Part shown: positions 29,047 to 38,499 of the stretch, one piece after another
How positions within the stretch are numbered: the stretch's first letter is position 1
Layout of the letters: every line of letters starts with the position of its first letter
Origin: a virus
Lineage: Duplodnaviria; Caudoviricetes
Virus record (IMG/VR): IMGVR_UViG_3300048631_000217
Strand: one strand, 5' to 3'
DNA: 64,000 nt
Program-made: the position numbers and the translations under genes
The notes under the pieces: generated by a model
Database searches by the model: none
What the model saw: the letters and a program-made list of their open reading frames with translations, nothing else
Told to the model about the DNA's origin: nothing

Positions 29047-32000
29047 CTAGGTTATTGTAATGACCGAATCCTTGGCCTGTGCCTTGGATTCAACTTGCGT
29101 CACCTTTCGGATACCCCCGAATAGCTTTGTGCCAGCGACATGAAGAACATTACGTAAAACGGTTTCGTATCTATTTAGCGAACGCCCTGATAGAACATCA
29201 TACGAGAATTCTTGGTAATAGTCGCTGTCCTGAATTTTCTTTGATGACGAAAGGTGTGAAATATTACTACGCCAGTAACCCGAACCTTTACCGTGATTGA
29301 CGACATTCGCGTTTCCGGTAATGATGAAAGGGGTATTCGGATTTGCCAGAGTGACTTCCCCAAGATCCTCGTATCCGAATCCTGAGTCGATCACTTCCAC
29401 CTCAACCGCGATACCGTTGGCAGACACGACATCCCCGTCAATATTCGCATTATCCCCCATGATATTGTAATCTTCGATAGCCACGACTTCATCGACATTG
29501 GCCGAAGCCCCTGTCAGGTTTCCGGTAATATGGACACCCTTGACAAAGGCTGTCTGGAAATTCGTTCTTTCGATTATGACATGTGTGGTATTGGCAGAGA
29601 TTACCTTACCCTTACCATATGTCCGGGTAATAGACGAACTCATCAACTGGATCTGATCTCCTGCCATATCCAGAATAGGTGCCCCGGCCATGTCTTCGAT
29701 GACCGAACCTTCGGTTGAATCCATGGTAAGAATTTTTGTCCCGGACATATCTTCGATAGCGACACCGGCCATGTCTTCGATATAAGTTTCATCTGCGATA
29801 ACCGCACCCTGCACGATCAATTCACCGGGCACGAAAGAACCAGACAATGAGGAAATCTTGATGATATAGTTACCGCGTTTATGTGATGCGATATACTTGT
29901 TTCTTACCGTAATGAAAGGATCGGCATTATATCCGGTTCCGGGGTTGATTGAAGTCAGTCTTGAAATCTCACCAATCGTAAAATTATCGTTTGTCAGAAG
30001 ATCGGCAATGATTGTCGAAGAATCTCCGTTCGGACTTCTTTCGAAACCATATCCATAATCCATGACAGGTTCGACATTGGCCGTGATTCCACTCGTCGTA
30101 CCTATATCCATGACAGGCATTTCGAAATACCCTTCGCCCGGATTGGTTACTGTAATACTGGTTATTGAGCCATTAGCATCTGTCGTGATATTACCTTCGG
30201 CGGCGACCAAAGGGTTTCCGTTGGCATATCCGCCACCCGAGAAGGTCACGATTGTTCCATTAGAATACATGGTTCCGCCATTGTAGATAGTAACGGAATC
30301 CACGAAACCGACACCCGAACCTGACCCATCAAGACCCACATTCACAAACGGAATGTTTGCGAAATTGTTCGCACCTATAAGGTCGGTATTCAGAGTAACG
30401 ACTTCCTCATTGGCAATATCACCTATTTTGAAGTCTGCCGAATTGCCAGTAGAAACGCTATTGATTTCTTTCTGTTTCAATTCCTTGATATTACCGGGAA
30501 TGGCATCGGCATTCTCGGGACGCCACCATATTTGCAGCGGAGATAGGATCTTGCCCGCCCATGGGCGATTTGGTTCACCTGCCGGAATGACATTCGGGTT
30601 GCCATAATTACCCGGCACATTCCCGAACGCCTTGACATATCCGCTGGCACTCGCCTGTAACAATCCGTTGATATACAGCTTCATGTCACCGGCTGTTCCA
30701 AAGACGATATGCGCCGCCATGTCACCGGATAGAGGTAGTTGGGACACGGGCACGTCGATAAGGGCCGTGTTGGCCGTTACAGCGGCCCCGTAGCCCGCTC
30801 TCACGCGGAAGAGATATCCCCCTACCCCGTCACTGCGGATACCGGCCCACAGGGCGTTTGTCTGTCCCCCCATCGACATCAGGCTTCCGGTCGGATCGCC
30901 GATATTGAAATCAGGTAGTTTCACATCGAATTTGAAGATTTTGGCCACGTCAGGTCCAGAATAAAGACTCAGATCGTCAATGGAAGCATTGGCCGAATAG
31001 GTAAGGTCAGGATTCGGAAACCCGTATGTCGGTTCAAATTTCTCGAATTTCGGCGGGTTCCACAATTCATCGCGAACGGTTTTTATAAATGTTCCGTCGC
31101 CTGAATAGAAACGTTCGCTGTTGCCATATACCCCTATCGCGGATGTGTTTTGTCCTATCACGATACCAGAAATGGTCTTGTCAGATACAATGTCGATAAC
31201 TGCATTGGCCGATGTATTGGCCCCGATTCTGACATCAACTGCACCATCATTAGTCGCGGATAGCAGGGTTGCTTGCAGACGCGATTTTCCCCCCCTTACC
31301 ACGCCATTAACGTCGAAGATTCCGAAGATCTCATCAACGATAATGGTATTGGCATCGACAACCGACGATACTTTGGCTCTGGCACCAACTTGATCTACCG
31401 TGACATTCGACACCGTTGATGTAGCACCATTAGCGCCCACCAATGATTCATTGGTCACGAAATCACCGAAACATTCTGACAATACCAGAATCGCCCCGTT
31501 GATGGAGTCGATAACCCCATATGAATAGCTTGTAGTGAAATCCGTATTGCTGATTGTCTTGGTAACTGTCTGTTTTACAGTTTCGCCGACAGAATAGGTT
31601 CCGGTCACATTAGACACATTCAGAGTAACAAGATCCTCTTCCTCGACAATATCCCCAACAGACACACCGATAGGGCCAGACAAAGCAAGACGTTCCTGCA
31701 ATCGGAATGAACCGCTTGTCAGGAGAACTTTGATATTGCCGTTTGCCGATGGAATACTTATTGAAACGCCATTCGCATCCGTATTGGCTGAGGAAATCAC
31801 CTTGCCGGTCGCAATGACCGTATTCGATGAATTGTACCCTTCAAGAACGGTTCCATAAACGACATTCGAAAGAACATCGGTTCCTGACAGAACAGATAGA
31901 GTTTCAAGAGGTTGTTCAACCCTCTCGTATTTGATGAAATCCTTGTTGGGGTTATCTAGGAAGACGACAGAATCCGAGATATAGATATCGGTCGTATCGG

Positions 32001-32811
32001 TCTTGGTGTAACCTGATCCGCCGCCGACAATTTCAAAGTCAACCTGCCCGGTCGCATCTATGGTTTTCGTGACCCGGATTTGTCCTTGGGTTCCGCTGTC
32101 GGATACAACGTCGAAAATGTCGCCGATCTTGTTATCCCGACCACCTAGGGTAATTTGTACATCCGACAAGGAACCGATAATCGTCGGAGAGTCCGCAATC
32201 TCACCATCAGGTAGTACAACGTTTTCCCCCCTCTTGAATACCCCTTTCACGTCTGATAGATACAGAACGTCAATGATCTTGCCATTGATTCGTTTCGTGA
32301 CGATACCGTCAACAAAGGCTTTGGCAAGTGAAATCGTTCCCGTAATCTGTTGATCCAGATAGGATTTGATTTTCGGAGATCTGGTAACTTCGATATATTC
32401 CGGCTTGTGCCATTCTGAGGCAGACGGTTTCAGAATATCAGAACTCGGATAGTAAACATCAACCTCGTCACCATAGAGAAGTTGCATCAGGAGTTTCAGG
32501 CCCTGAATGGTTCCTTTAGACTTGTAGTAGTCTTGGATATGCTTTATCATGAAACGTTTGTCGGTTGCCGCCACAAACGGGAAATCCGCCAGATACTGTT
32601 TCTTGAACTTGACAATGAATTCGTCTAGTGTCTTGTCCACGTCGAATGATTCCGAAGCCGATTTCCCCCGGTTCAGATAGGACTCTTTGTCGGTTTCAAG
32701 GAATTCGTAGTATGCCTTGACGAATTCGACCATTTCTCTACCCTCTTCCCGATACAGGTTCGGGAATTGGGTTTCTATGGCGTGTGAAACTGTTTTGACA
32801 AAATCTGTCAT
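29047..32811 (-). CDS. gp7: Baseplate wedge initiator (gp7-like) with inserted LamG-like domain
   Basis: FVKAYYEFLE, YKSKGT, KIQDSDYYQEFSY, LHVAGTKLFG; between gp6 and gp8. Confidence 0.8.
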   Translation of the reverse strand: MTDFVKTVSHAIETQFPNLYREEGREMVEFVKAYYEFLETDKESYLNRGKSASESFDVDKTLDEFIVKFKKQYLADFPFVAATDKRFMIKHIQDYYKSKGTIQGLKLLMQLLYGDEVDVYYPSSDILKPSASEWHKPEYIEVTRSPKIKSYLDQQITGTISLAKAFVDGIVTKRINGKIIDVLYLSDVKGVFKRGENVVLPDGEIADSPTIIGSLSDVQITLGGRDNKIGDIFDVVSDSGTQGQIRVTKTIDATGQVDFEIVGGGSGYTKTDTTDIYISDSVVFLDNPNKDFIKYERVEQPLETLSVLSGTDVLSNVVYGTVLEGYNSSNTVIATGKVISSANTDANGVSISIPSANGNIKVLLTSGSFRLQERLALSGPIGVSVGDIVEEEDLVTLNVSNVTGTYSVGETVKQTVTKTISNTDFTTSYSYGVIDSINGAILVLSECFGDFVTNESLVGANGATSTVSNVTVDQVGARAKVSSVVDANTIIVDEIFGIFDVNGVVRGGKSRLQATLLSATNDGAVDVRIGANTSANAVIDIVSDKTISGIVIGQNTSAIGVYGNSERFYSGDGTFIKTVRDELWNPPKFEKFEPTYGFPNPDLTYSANASIDDLSLYSGPDVAKIFKFDVKLPDFNIGDPTGSLMSMGGQTNALWAGIRSDGVGGYLFRVRAGYGAAVTANTALIDVPVSQLPLSGDMAAHIVFGTAGDMKLYINGLLQASASGYVKAFGNVPGNYGNPNVIPAGEPNRPWAGKILSPLQIWWRPENADAIPGNIKELKQKEINSVSTGNSADFKIGDIANEEVVTLNTDLIGANNFANIPFVNVGLDGSGSGVGFVDSVTIYNGGTMYSNGTIVTFSGGGYANGNPLVAAEGNITTDANGSITSITVTNPGEGYFEMPVMDIGTTSGITANVEPVMDYGYGFERSPNGDSSTIIADLLTNDNFTIGEISRLTSINPGTGYNADPFITVRNKYIASHKRGNYIIKISSLSGSFVPGELIVQGAVIADETYIEDMAGVAIEDMSGTKILTMDSTEGSVIEDMAGAPILDMAGDQIQLMSSSITRTYGKGKVISANTTHVIIERTNFQTAFVKGVHITGNLTGASANVDEVVAIEDYNIMGDNANIDGDVVSANGIAVEVEVIDSGFGYEDLGEVTLANPNTPFIITGNANVVNHGKGSGYWRSNISHLSSSKKIQDSDYYQEFSYDVLSGRSLNRYETVLRNVLHVAGTKLFGGIRKVTQVESKAQAKDSVITIT

Positions 32812-32817
32812 AGGTTA

Positions 32818-34599
32818 TTATTCTTTCGCTGGAAGAACCGTAATGTTAACGTCTTGGTCTCGGATACTTATAATCCGGGTCTTCGGGGATGTGATATCGT
32901 CAATGGCCGTTCTCGCATAGAATTTGATTCCGGTTCCGGTATAGGAATCTATCTCGAATTCGGAAATCGTCAGCTTGCCCGTTTCGTAATCCACGGTCCC
33001 TGCATTCTTGAGAAGCGGAACGAACTTGTCATCGCTGATACGAACGATGTATAGCCCGCCGATACCGTCATCCATGAAGAAACCGCTTGCACCCTTATAG
33101 ACGAATGAGGATGACTTGATGACCGGGGTATGGTTAGCGGCGCTGTCGGAAAATGATAGGGGTTGCGAGTTTTTCATACGGTTCTTGAAGTCAAGCACAT
33201 AACTGCCAGTCTTGCCGAATTCCGGGGAAATTTCCAGAATGGCCCGAACCTGAGTATTGTTGGACATGATACTGGCGTCGGATTCATCAATGGCTTTCAG
33301 AAGTTTTGAAAAACGAAGGGTCTTGTTGAAATCTGCAAGAGTGCTATCCGAGAAGTCCAGTATGGCCTTGCTGACATACGAGCGAATATCGGCGGCGGTC
33401 CCGGCTGTCGTTTCCGTGTTGTAATAGATTGTGGTATCAACTGATACGAACAAGAATTCGGGGTTTATGATAACCGGCTCAATCGTCAGAGGGTTTCTCT
33501 CTTGCAGGAATTGACGGAACCTTGTCTTGGCATTGGCCGATACCCCATCCGCATTCTTCACGTCAACCGCCACGAATACCTTGCCGTATTGCGGCGGGTC
33601 AAGTGTCTCACCTCCATAGACCGCGACCGCCTGCACTTCGGGAAAACGGTTTTTCAACAGGATTCCGTAATCGCTTTCGGTCACGGCTCTTTCCTGAATC
33701 TGTGCCGCCCTAGGGGCAAAGAACCGGATACTGTCCAAGCTTTCTATGGGTGCGCCGCCATAGCTTTTGGATACGGTCACGACACTTGCCGCATATCCTG
33801 AAATGGTATCCGTAGCGGAAAAACTGTTCAATCCATTGGCTTCATCGGCTTCCGTCACCAGATATGTGACTTCCACGATGTTGCCAGTAACAGGAGAAGC
33901 CCCGAAAAGATTTCGACCGAAAGTCAGAGAATAACCGCCGTCATCCGCTTCGACATAGAACACCTTGTCGTCCGTTTTAACACCGATGATAGAATCCTCT
34001 AGGACATATTCAGTCTTTCGCGAATCGACTTCCGCACTATCTCTCACCATAACACGAATCGTACTGGTATCAACGTTATCAGAAGAGATTTTGAATTTCT
34101 GTTCAAGGTTTCCAGATACCGAAAATGTCTCTGACACCACCTTACCTTGATAGATCGGCATTGACCGGATGCAATAGACCCCGTTTTCAGGAACAACGGT
34201 ATATGAATCGAGAGTCACGAATGGGAAGGTTTTCGTGCCTGCTCTTGACGTGAACTTGGTATAGCGGGGAATGGTGATGAAGGACGGGGTTCCGGCAACA
34301 CTCAAGGTAACGTCGATATTGGCGCGGGCCACGCGAACCGAACGCGGTGTGTAGTTTAGGGACTTGGCATGTGAATTAATGGAATCACGATCCTGAGCCG
34401 AATCCAAGAACATTTCCGCGAACATCATGTTCGTATAGAAGTTGTTATGATAGGTGTTATAGGCGAGTATGTCTAGCAGAACCGACATATTCGACCCTTC
34501 GAAATCGTAATCCTTGAACCTGTCCTGACCTTTCAGATAGGTTCTTAATGACGCCTTGATAGTGTCGAAGTCAAGATCGGTAATAGGCTTTGTGGTCAT
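32818..34599 (-). CDS. gp6: Baseplate wedge subunit
   Basis: LDFDTIK, FKDYDFEGSNMSVLLDILAYNT, QERAVT..DY, PPQYGKVF. Confidence 0.95.
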   Translation of the reverse strand: MTTKPITDLDFDTIKASLRTYLKGQDRFKDYDFEGSNMSVLLDILAYNTYHNNFYTNMMFAEMFLDSAQDRDSINSHAKSLNYTPRSVRVARANIDVTLSVAGTPSFITIPRYTKFTSRAGTKTFPFVTLDSYTVVPENGVYCIRSMPIYQGKVVSETFSVSGNLEQKFKISSDNVDTSTIRVMVRDSAEVDSRKTEYVLEDSIIGVKTDDKVFYVEADDGGYSLTFGRNLFGASPVTGNIVEVTYLVTEADEANGLNSFSATDTISGYAASVVTVSKSYGGAPIESLDSIRFFAPRAAQIQERAVTESDYGILLKNRFPEVQAVAVYGGETLDPPQYGKVFVAVDVKNADGVSANAKTRFRQFLQERNPLTIEPVIINPEFLFVSVDTTIYYNTETTAGTAADIRSYVSKAILDFSDSTLADFNKTLRFSKLLKAIDESDASIMSNNTQVRAILEISPEFGKTGSYVLDFKNRMKNSQPLSFSDSAANHTPVIKSSSFVYKGASGFFMDDGIGGLYIVRISDDKFVPLLKNAGTVDYETGKLTISEFEIDSYTGTGIKFYARTAIDDITSPKTRIISIRDQDVNITVLPAKE

Positions 34600-35019
34600 T
34601 TATCTCACCCTGTCAAGTAAAAGGTCAAGTGTAGAAGGTTCCTCAGTATTTATGGTATTGAAAATGATTCGAACGAATACGGAATTTGAGTCAACCGAAG
34701 TGTCAACCACGATTTCAATGACGTTACACCTTGGCTCGTAATTCTCTAGCGTGTTGCGGATATTCTCGCGTAACACGACAACAAGGTCTGGTGTGATGTT
34801 CTCAAACAACATACCCCGAATGTCAGAGCCGATTTCGGGGTTGAATAACCGTTCTCCCCTATCTGTCAGGATCAGGTTTCGAATGGATTCCTTGATAGAA
34901 TCATCATCCGTTCTTCGGGCCAAATCGTTATTGACAGGGGATGCTTTAAGATCCTTCCTGTAATCAGAATACACCACTTGACGATTTTTTCTGGATAAAG
35001 TCATTTTCCCTCTTGACAT
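34600..35019 (-). CDS. gp25: Baseplate wedge subunit
   Basis: IRNLILT..GERLFNP.IGS...LFE, YEPR (start may be 35004). Confidence 0.93.
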   Translation of the reverse strand: MSRGKMTLSRKNRQVVYSDYRKDLKASPVNNDLARRTDDDSIKESIRNLILTDRGERLFNPEIGSDIRGMLFENITPDLVVVLRENIRNTLENYEPRCNVIEIVVDTSVDSNSVFVRIIFNTINTEEPSTLDLLLDRVR

Positions 35020-35041
35020 TGATTCCGGGTTTTGGTATAAT
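35013..35041 (+). promoter_or_regulatory. Consensus sigma70 promoter with extended -10 (copy 1)
   Basis: TTGACA(35013)-17-TATAAT(35036), TG at extended -10. Confidence 0.85.
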
Positions 35042-35306
35042 AGGTATATTGGCCTAAAAGATATGAAATGATTCGTTTATTGATTCCTGATAAGAACCCG
35101 TCAAACCGTAAGGTTTGACCTTTGCGTAGCAAAGAGTTGAAAATATTTAGAAGAAACAAGAAACCTTAAAGAACCCTGAATGATTTCAAATGATTTCAGG
35201 TTCTGAAAAGTCCCTGAAGGGATTTAAGGATAAGTGTGTCTTACAGACCTTATGTTGTTTTTTTATCACACTCTTTAATGTCTTTCTCAAAAAGTCATTT
35301 TTACTC

Positions 35307-35335
35307 TTGACATGGTTTTCGGAATTTGGTATAAT
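35307..35335 (+). promoter_or_regulatory. Consensus sigma70 promoter with extended -10 (copy 2)
   Basis: TTGACA(35307)-17-TATAAT(35330), TG at extended -10. Confidence 0.85.
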
Positions 35336-35588
35336 AGGTATATTGGCCTAAAAGATATGAAAAGAATCATTAACTGATTCGTTATAGACTCCTGATAGGA
35401 ATAAGTCAAACCGTAAGGTTTGACCTTTGCGCAGCAAAGAGTTAAGAAACACTAAGAAATCAAGAAACCTTAAAGAACCCTGAATGGTTTCAAATGCTTA
35501 TAAGGTCTTTGAAGGGATTTAAGGATAAGTGTGTCTATCGGAAACCTATAGAGGTGAATGTAAGGATGATTCCCTTTAATGGTTATAT

Positions 35589-35743
35589 GAAGGGCCTTAC
35601 GGCCCCCTGCGGTGTTTCCTATCTGGATTGTTTAAGGATCATATGAGATAGGTATGGGATATGACAAGGTTCCTTAGAGGGTTCTCTTTACACCCTTAAC
35701 GAATGTGAAAAGGGGCCTGACGGCCCCCCTGCGGTGTTTCCTA
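35589..35743 (-). repeat. Two copies of a hairpin plus conserved flank (ATAGGAAACACCGCAGG-GGGCC-GT(A/C)A-GGCCC)
   Basis: Copies at ~35589-35622 and ~35707-35743; the second may double as terminator of the upstream minus-strand genes. Confidence 0.8.
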
Positions 35744-35755
35744 TATGATCCGTTT

Positions 35756-36136
35756 CTATCTCAACATATCCCGAAAGACGGAAGCAAGTCTCGGGTTATG
35801 ATGATACTGTATAAATTCGCTTCGACTCGAAAACACAGTCTCTTTATCCGGTTCCACAGACATGTAGGCTTCTTTCAAATCAGGATCATCCGGCATTTTC
35901 ATTTCGTTCCGAAGCATGGTCATGGCTCCCCGGCAGAGCCGGGCAGTCTGGGCCTTCTCTTGGGCATCCTCACGTTCCCAATTCACCTGAAGGTGACAGG
36001 GCAGGGGTCCGTTTCCGAAACTGAAACTGCTCAGAAAGTCCCATGGATCACCTGAAGATTCCCCTAGGTATCCCGGTGCCGAAGTTCTCTTGAAGGGACA
36101 TTCACGACATACGGATTTGCAAAGTTCTCTGGTCAT
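35756..36136 (-). CDS. Cys/His-containing hypothetical protein
   Basis: CRECPF...PG.LG...CH...LCRGA metal-binding pattern. Confidence 0.7.
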   Translation of the reverse strand: MTRELCKSVCRECPFKRTSAPGYLGESSGDPWDFLSSFSFGNGPLPCHLQVNWEREDAQEKAQTARLCRGAMTMLRNEMKMPDDPDLKEAYMSVEPDKETVFSSRSEFIQYHHNPRLASVFRDMLR

Positions 36137-36369
36137 TTTTCACCCTTTTCCGCTTTCCTGAAACGTTCGATCCGTTCTTGTTTTGACAATGACGCTATAA
36201 ATTCCCATTGCTCTTTGGTCGCATTGAACATCCTTTGTCCTTCTACCGGCCCTAGTTCCCAATCTTCGGTTTTGAACAATTGGGGAATAGACAAATCGCC
36301 CCGATATACGGCTTGCAGCAAAACACAAGCGACTTTTCCGGTTTCGGGGTTATAGACGGCTTTGGCCAT
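36133..36369 (-). CDS. Hypothetical protein
   Basis: RBS AGGTG; ATGA overlap with next gene. Confidence 0.65.
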   Translation of the reverse strand: MAKAVYNPETGKVACVLLQAVYRGDLSIPQLFKTEDWELGPVEGQRMFNATKEQWEFIASLSKQERIERFRKAEKGEK

Positions 36370-36381
36370 GTTTTCACCTAT

Positions 36382-36404
36382 AAAAAGGGGGCTTGCGCCC
36401 CCTT
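36382..36404 (-). terminator. Intrinsic terminator
   Basis: AAGGGGGC-GCAA-GCCCCCTTTT. Confidence 0.8.
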
Positions 36405-36412
36405 GTCATTTC

Positions 36413-36730
36413 TCAGAAGTTGTAGTCGTAGAACCGCCGGGGTTTGTCGGAAATGTTGTAGCGGTTCCCGTACTTGTCGAACCACTTTCCGTTTTTCCGT
36501 TGCCGGATGGCGAAGGTTTCTTCGTTCGGCAGGGATTCGTAGTCGTATTCTTGTGAATAGTTATTGACCGTATGGGCCGCGAAACCTCCGGGAATCATGT
36601 CAGGCTTCCAGTCAGGCTTCAGAGTCGCTTTCATGGGCCGGATCATCTTTTTCCGCTCAGTCCGAGTCTCGACAACCTCGAAAGGTTCAACATCGGTGTA
36701 GAGAACCTTGTTGGCATATTCTTGGGTCAT
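36413..36730 (-). CDS. Hypothetical early protein in promoter-leader cassette
   Basis: Same promoter/leader as hexapeptide genes; own terminator. Confidence 0.8.
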   Translation of the reverse strand: MTQEYANKVLYTDVEPFEVVETRTERKKMIRPMKATLKPDWKPDMIPGGFAAHTVNNYSQEYDYESLPNEETFAIRQRKNGKWFDKYGNRYNISDKPRRFYDYNF

Positions 36731-36736
36731 GTCTCG

Positions 36737-36820
36737 TTTCCTTTCCTATCGCTTACATGATTAATATAGGAACTCTAGGTAACTTTGTCAAGAGAAAAAC
36801 GCCCCCGAAGGGACGTTTTC
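36737..36820 (-). promoter_or_regulatory. Terminator (UUCG hairpin) abutting early promoter and leader
   Basis: AAAACGTCCC-TTCG-GGGGCGTTTT then TTGACA(36791)-17-TATATT-AATCATGTAAGCGATAGGAAAGGAA. Confidence 0.85.
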
Positions 36821-36824
36821 AGGA

Positions 36825-37385
36825 TTATTTAGTGATTTTGATGTCCCCGGACACCCAAACATCACCGGAAACCCGAGCATTCCCGTAAACCCGAGCATCA
36901 CCCGAAACCCGAGCATCACCCGAAACCCGAGCATTTCCGTAAACCCGAGCAATCCCGAAAACATGAGCCTTTCCAGAAACCCAAGCATTCTCCAAAACCC
37001 GAGCATTGCGCGAAACCAAAGCATACCCGGAACCCCGAGCATCCCCGTAAACCCGAGCATACCCGAAAACCCGAGCATGCCCGTAAACCCGAGCCTTCCC
37101 GAAAATCTGAGCCTTTTCATAAACCCGAGCATTCCCCAAAACCTGAGCATTCCCGTAAACCCGAGCATTGTCCGAAACCTGAGCATCCCCGTAAACCCGA
37201 GCATCCCCGTAAACCCGAGCCTTCCCGAAAATCTGAGCATCCTCGAAAACCCGAGCATCCGGCCCAACATATGCACTATCAGCAACATGCGCCGTATCAG
37301 CGACCCAACCGCCCCCGTTGGGGTGGCGGTGGGCCGGGACCGGGCCAGTCCCAAAATCAAACATGGTTTGTTCGGTCATCTTCAT
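36825..37385 (-). CDS. Hexapeptide-repeat protein, short form, 23 hexads
   Basis: N-cap MTEQTMFDFGTGPVPAHRHPNGGGW; A-x-V-x-G-x repeats; ends IKITK. Confidence 0.87.
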   Translation of the reverse strand: MKMTEQTMFDFGTGPVPAHRHPNGGGWVADTAHVADSAYVGPDARVFEDAQIFGKARVYGDARVYGDAQVSDNARVYGNAQVLGNARVYEKAQIFGKARVYGHARVFGYARVYGDARGSGYALVSRNARVLENAWVSGKAHVFGIARVYGNARVSGDARVSGDARVYGNARVSGDVWVSGDIKITK

Positions 37386-37386
37386 G

Positions 37387-37467
37387 TTCCTTCTATCGCT
37401 TACATGTTTAATATAGGGACTATAAGAAACTTTGTCAAGTAAAAAACGCCCCCGAAGGGACGTTTTC
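37387..37467 (-). promoter_or_regulatory. Terminator plus early promoter and leader
   Basis: Same UUCG hairpin; TTGACA(37438)-17-TATATT; CATGTAAGCGATAGAAGGAA. Confidence 0.85.
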
Positions 37468-37471
37468 TGGA

Positions 37472-37954
37472 TTATTCAGTGATTTTGATGTCCCCGGACA
37501 CCCAAGCATTCCCAGAAACCTGAGCATTACCGCATACCCAAACCTTTCCGAAAACCCGAGCATCCCCGAAAACCCGAGCATCCCCGAAAACCCGAGCATA
37601 TCCAGAAACCCAAGCATTACCCGAAACCTGAGAATATTCGGAAACATGAGCCTTTCCGTATACCTGAGCATACTCGAAAATCCGAGCATGCCCAAATACC
37701 AGAGCATACCCGAATACCCGAGCATTCCCGTAAACCCAAGCATTCCCAGAAACCCGAGCATTCCCGAAAACCAGAGCCTTTCCGAAAACCCGAGCATTAT
37801 CCGAAACCAGAGCATCTCCCCAAACCCGAGCATCCGGGCCGACAAAAGCCGTATTCGCAACATAGGCGGTATCGGCAACCCAACCGCCCCCGTTGGGGTG
37901 GCGATGGGCCGGGACCGGCCCGGTTCCGAAATCAAACATGGTTTGTTCGGTCAT
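37472..37954 (-). CDS. Hexapeptide-repeat protein, short form, 19 hexads
   Basis: Same N-cap and end; 24 aa shorter than neighbour. Confidence 0.87.
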   Translation of the reverse strand: MTEQTMFDFGTGPVPAHRHPNGGGWVADTAYVANTAFVGPDARVWGDALVSDNARVFGKALVFGNARVSGNAWVYGNARVFGYALVFGHARIFEYAQVYGKAHVSEYSQVSGNAWVSGYARVFGDARVFGDARVFGKVWVCGNAQVSGNAWVSGDIKITE

Positions 37955-37961
37955 CTCAACG

Positions 37962-38045
37962 TTCCTTTCTATCGCTTACATCTTTAATATAGGGTCTATA
38001 AGGAAATTTGTCAAGAAAAAAAAACGCCCCCGAAGGGACGTTTTC
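37962..38045 (-). promoter_or_regulatory. Terminator plus early promoter and leader
   Basis: Same UUCG hairpin; TTGACA(38014)-17-TATATT; ATGTAAGCGATAGAAAGGAA. Confidence 0.85.
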
Positions 38046-38049
38046 AGGA

Positions 38050-38442
38050 TTATTCAGTGATTTTGGTATCATCGCAGACCCAAGTATTCCCGAAAACCCA
38101 AGCATACCCGAAAACCTGAGCATTCCCAGAAACCTGAGCATCATCGAATACCCAAACGTTCCCGAAAACCCGAGCATTCCCGAAAACCCGAGCCTTTCCG
38201 TAAACCCAAGCCTTTCCGAAAACCCGAGCATTATCTGAAACCCGAGCATTTCCGAAAACCCGAGCCTTTCCGAAAACCCGAGCATTATCTGAAACCCGAG
38301 CATTACCTGAAACCTGAGCATTCGGCCCGACATATGCACTATCAGCAACATGCGCCGTATCAGCGACCCAACCGCCCCCGTTGGGGTGGCGGTGGGCCGG
38401 GACCGGGCCAGTCCCAAAATCAAACATGGTTTGTTCGGTCAT
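38050..38442 (-). CDS. Hexapeptide-repeat protein, short form, 14 hexads
   Basis: Same N-cap; upstream degenerate promoter TTGAAA-17-TATGTT and same leader. Confidence 0.87.
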   Translation of the reverse strand: MTEQTMFDFGTGPVPAHRHPNGGGWVADTAHVADSAYVGPNAQVSGNARVSDNARVFGKARVFGNARVSDNARVFGKAWVYGKARVFGNARVFGNVWVFDDAQVSGNAQVFGYAWVFGNTWVCDDTKITE

Positions 38443-38499
38443 CTTCGTGTTCCTTCTATCGCTTACATGTTTAGAACATAGAGGAAGACAACAAAGATT

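Larger units (their letters stand above)
34997..35536 (+). repeat. Tandem imperfect duplication (period 294 bp) of a non-coding promoter/hairpin element
   Basis: Both copies share TTGACA-17-TATAAT, GTCAAACCGTAAGGTTTGAC-CTTTGCG(T/C)AGCAAAG, CAAGAAACCTTAAAGAACCCTGAATG and GAAGGGATTTAAGGATAAGTGTGTCT. Confidence 0.92.

Noticed and set aside
36825-38442. CRISPR array
   Set aside because: Contiguous in-frame 18-nt coding repeats without unique spacers; no cas genes
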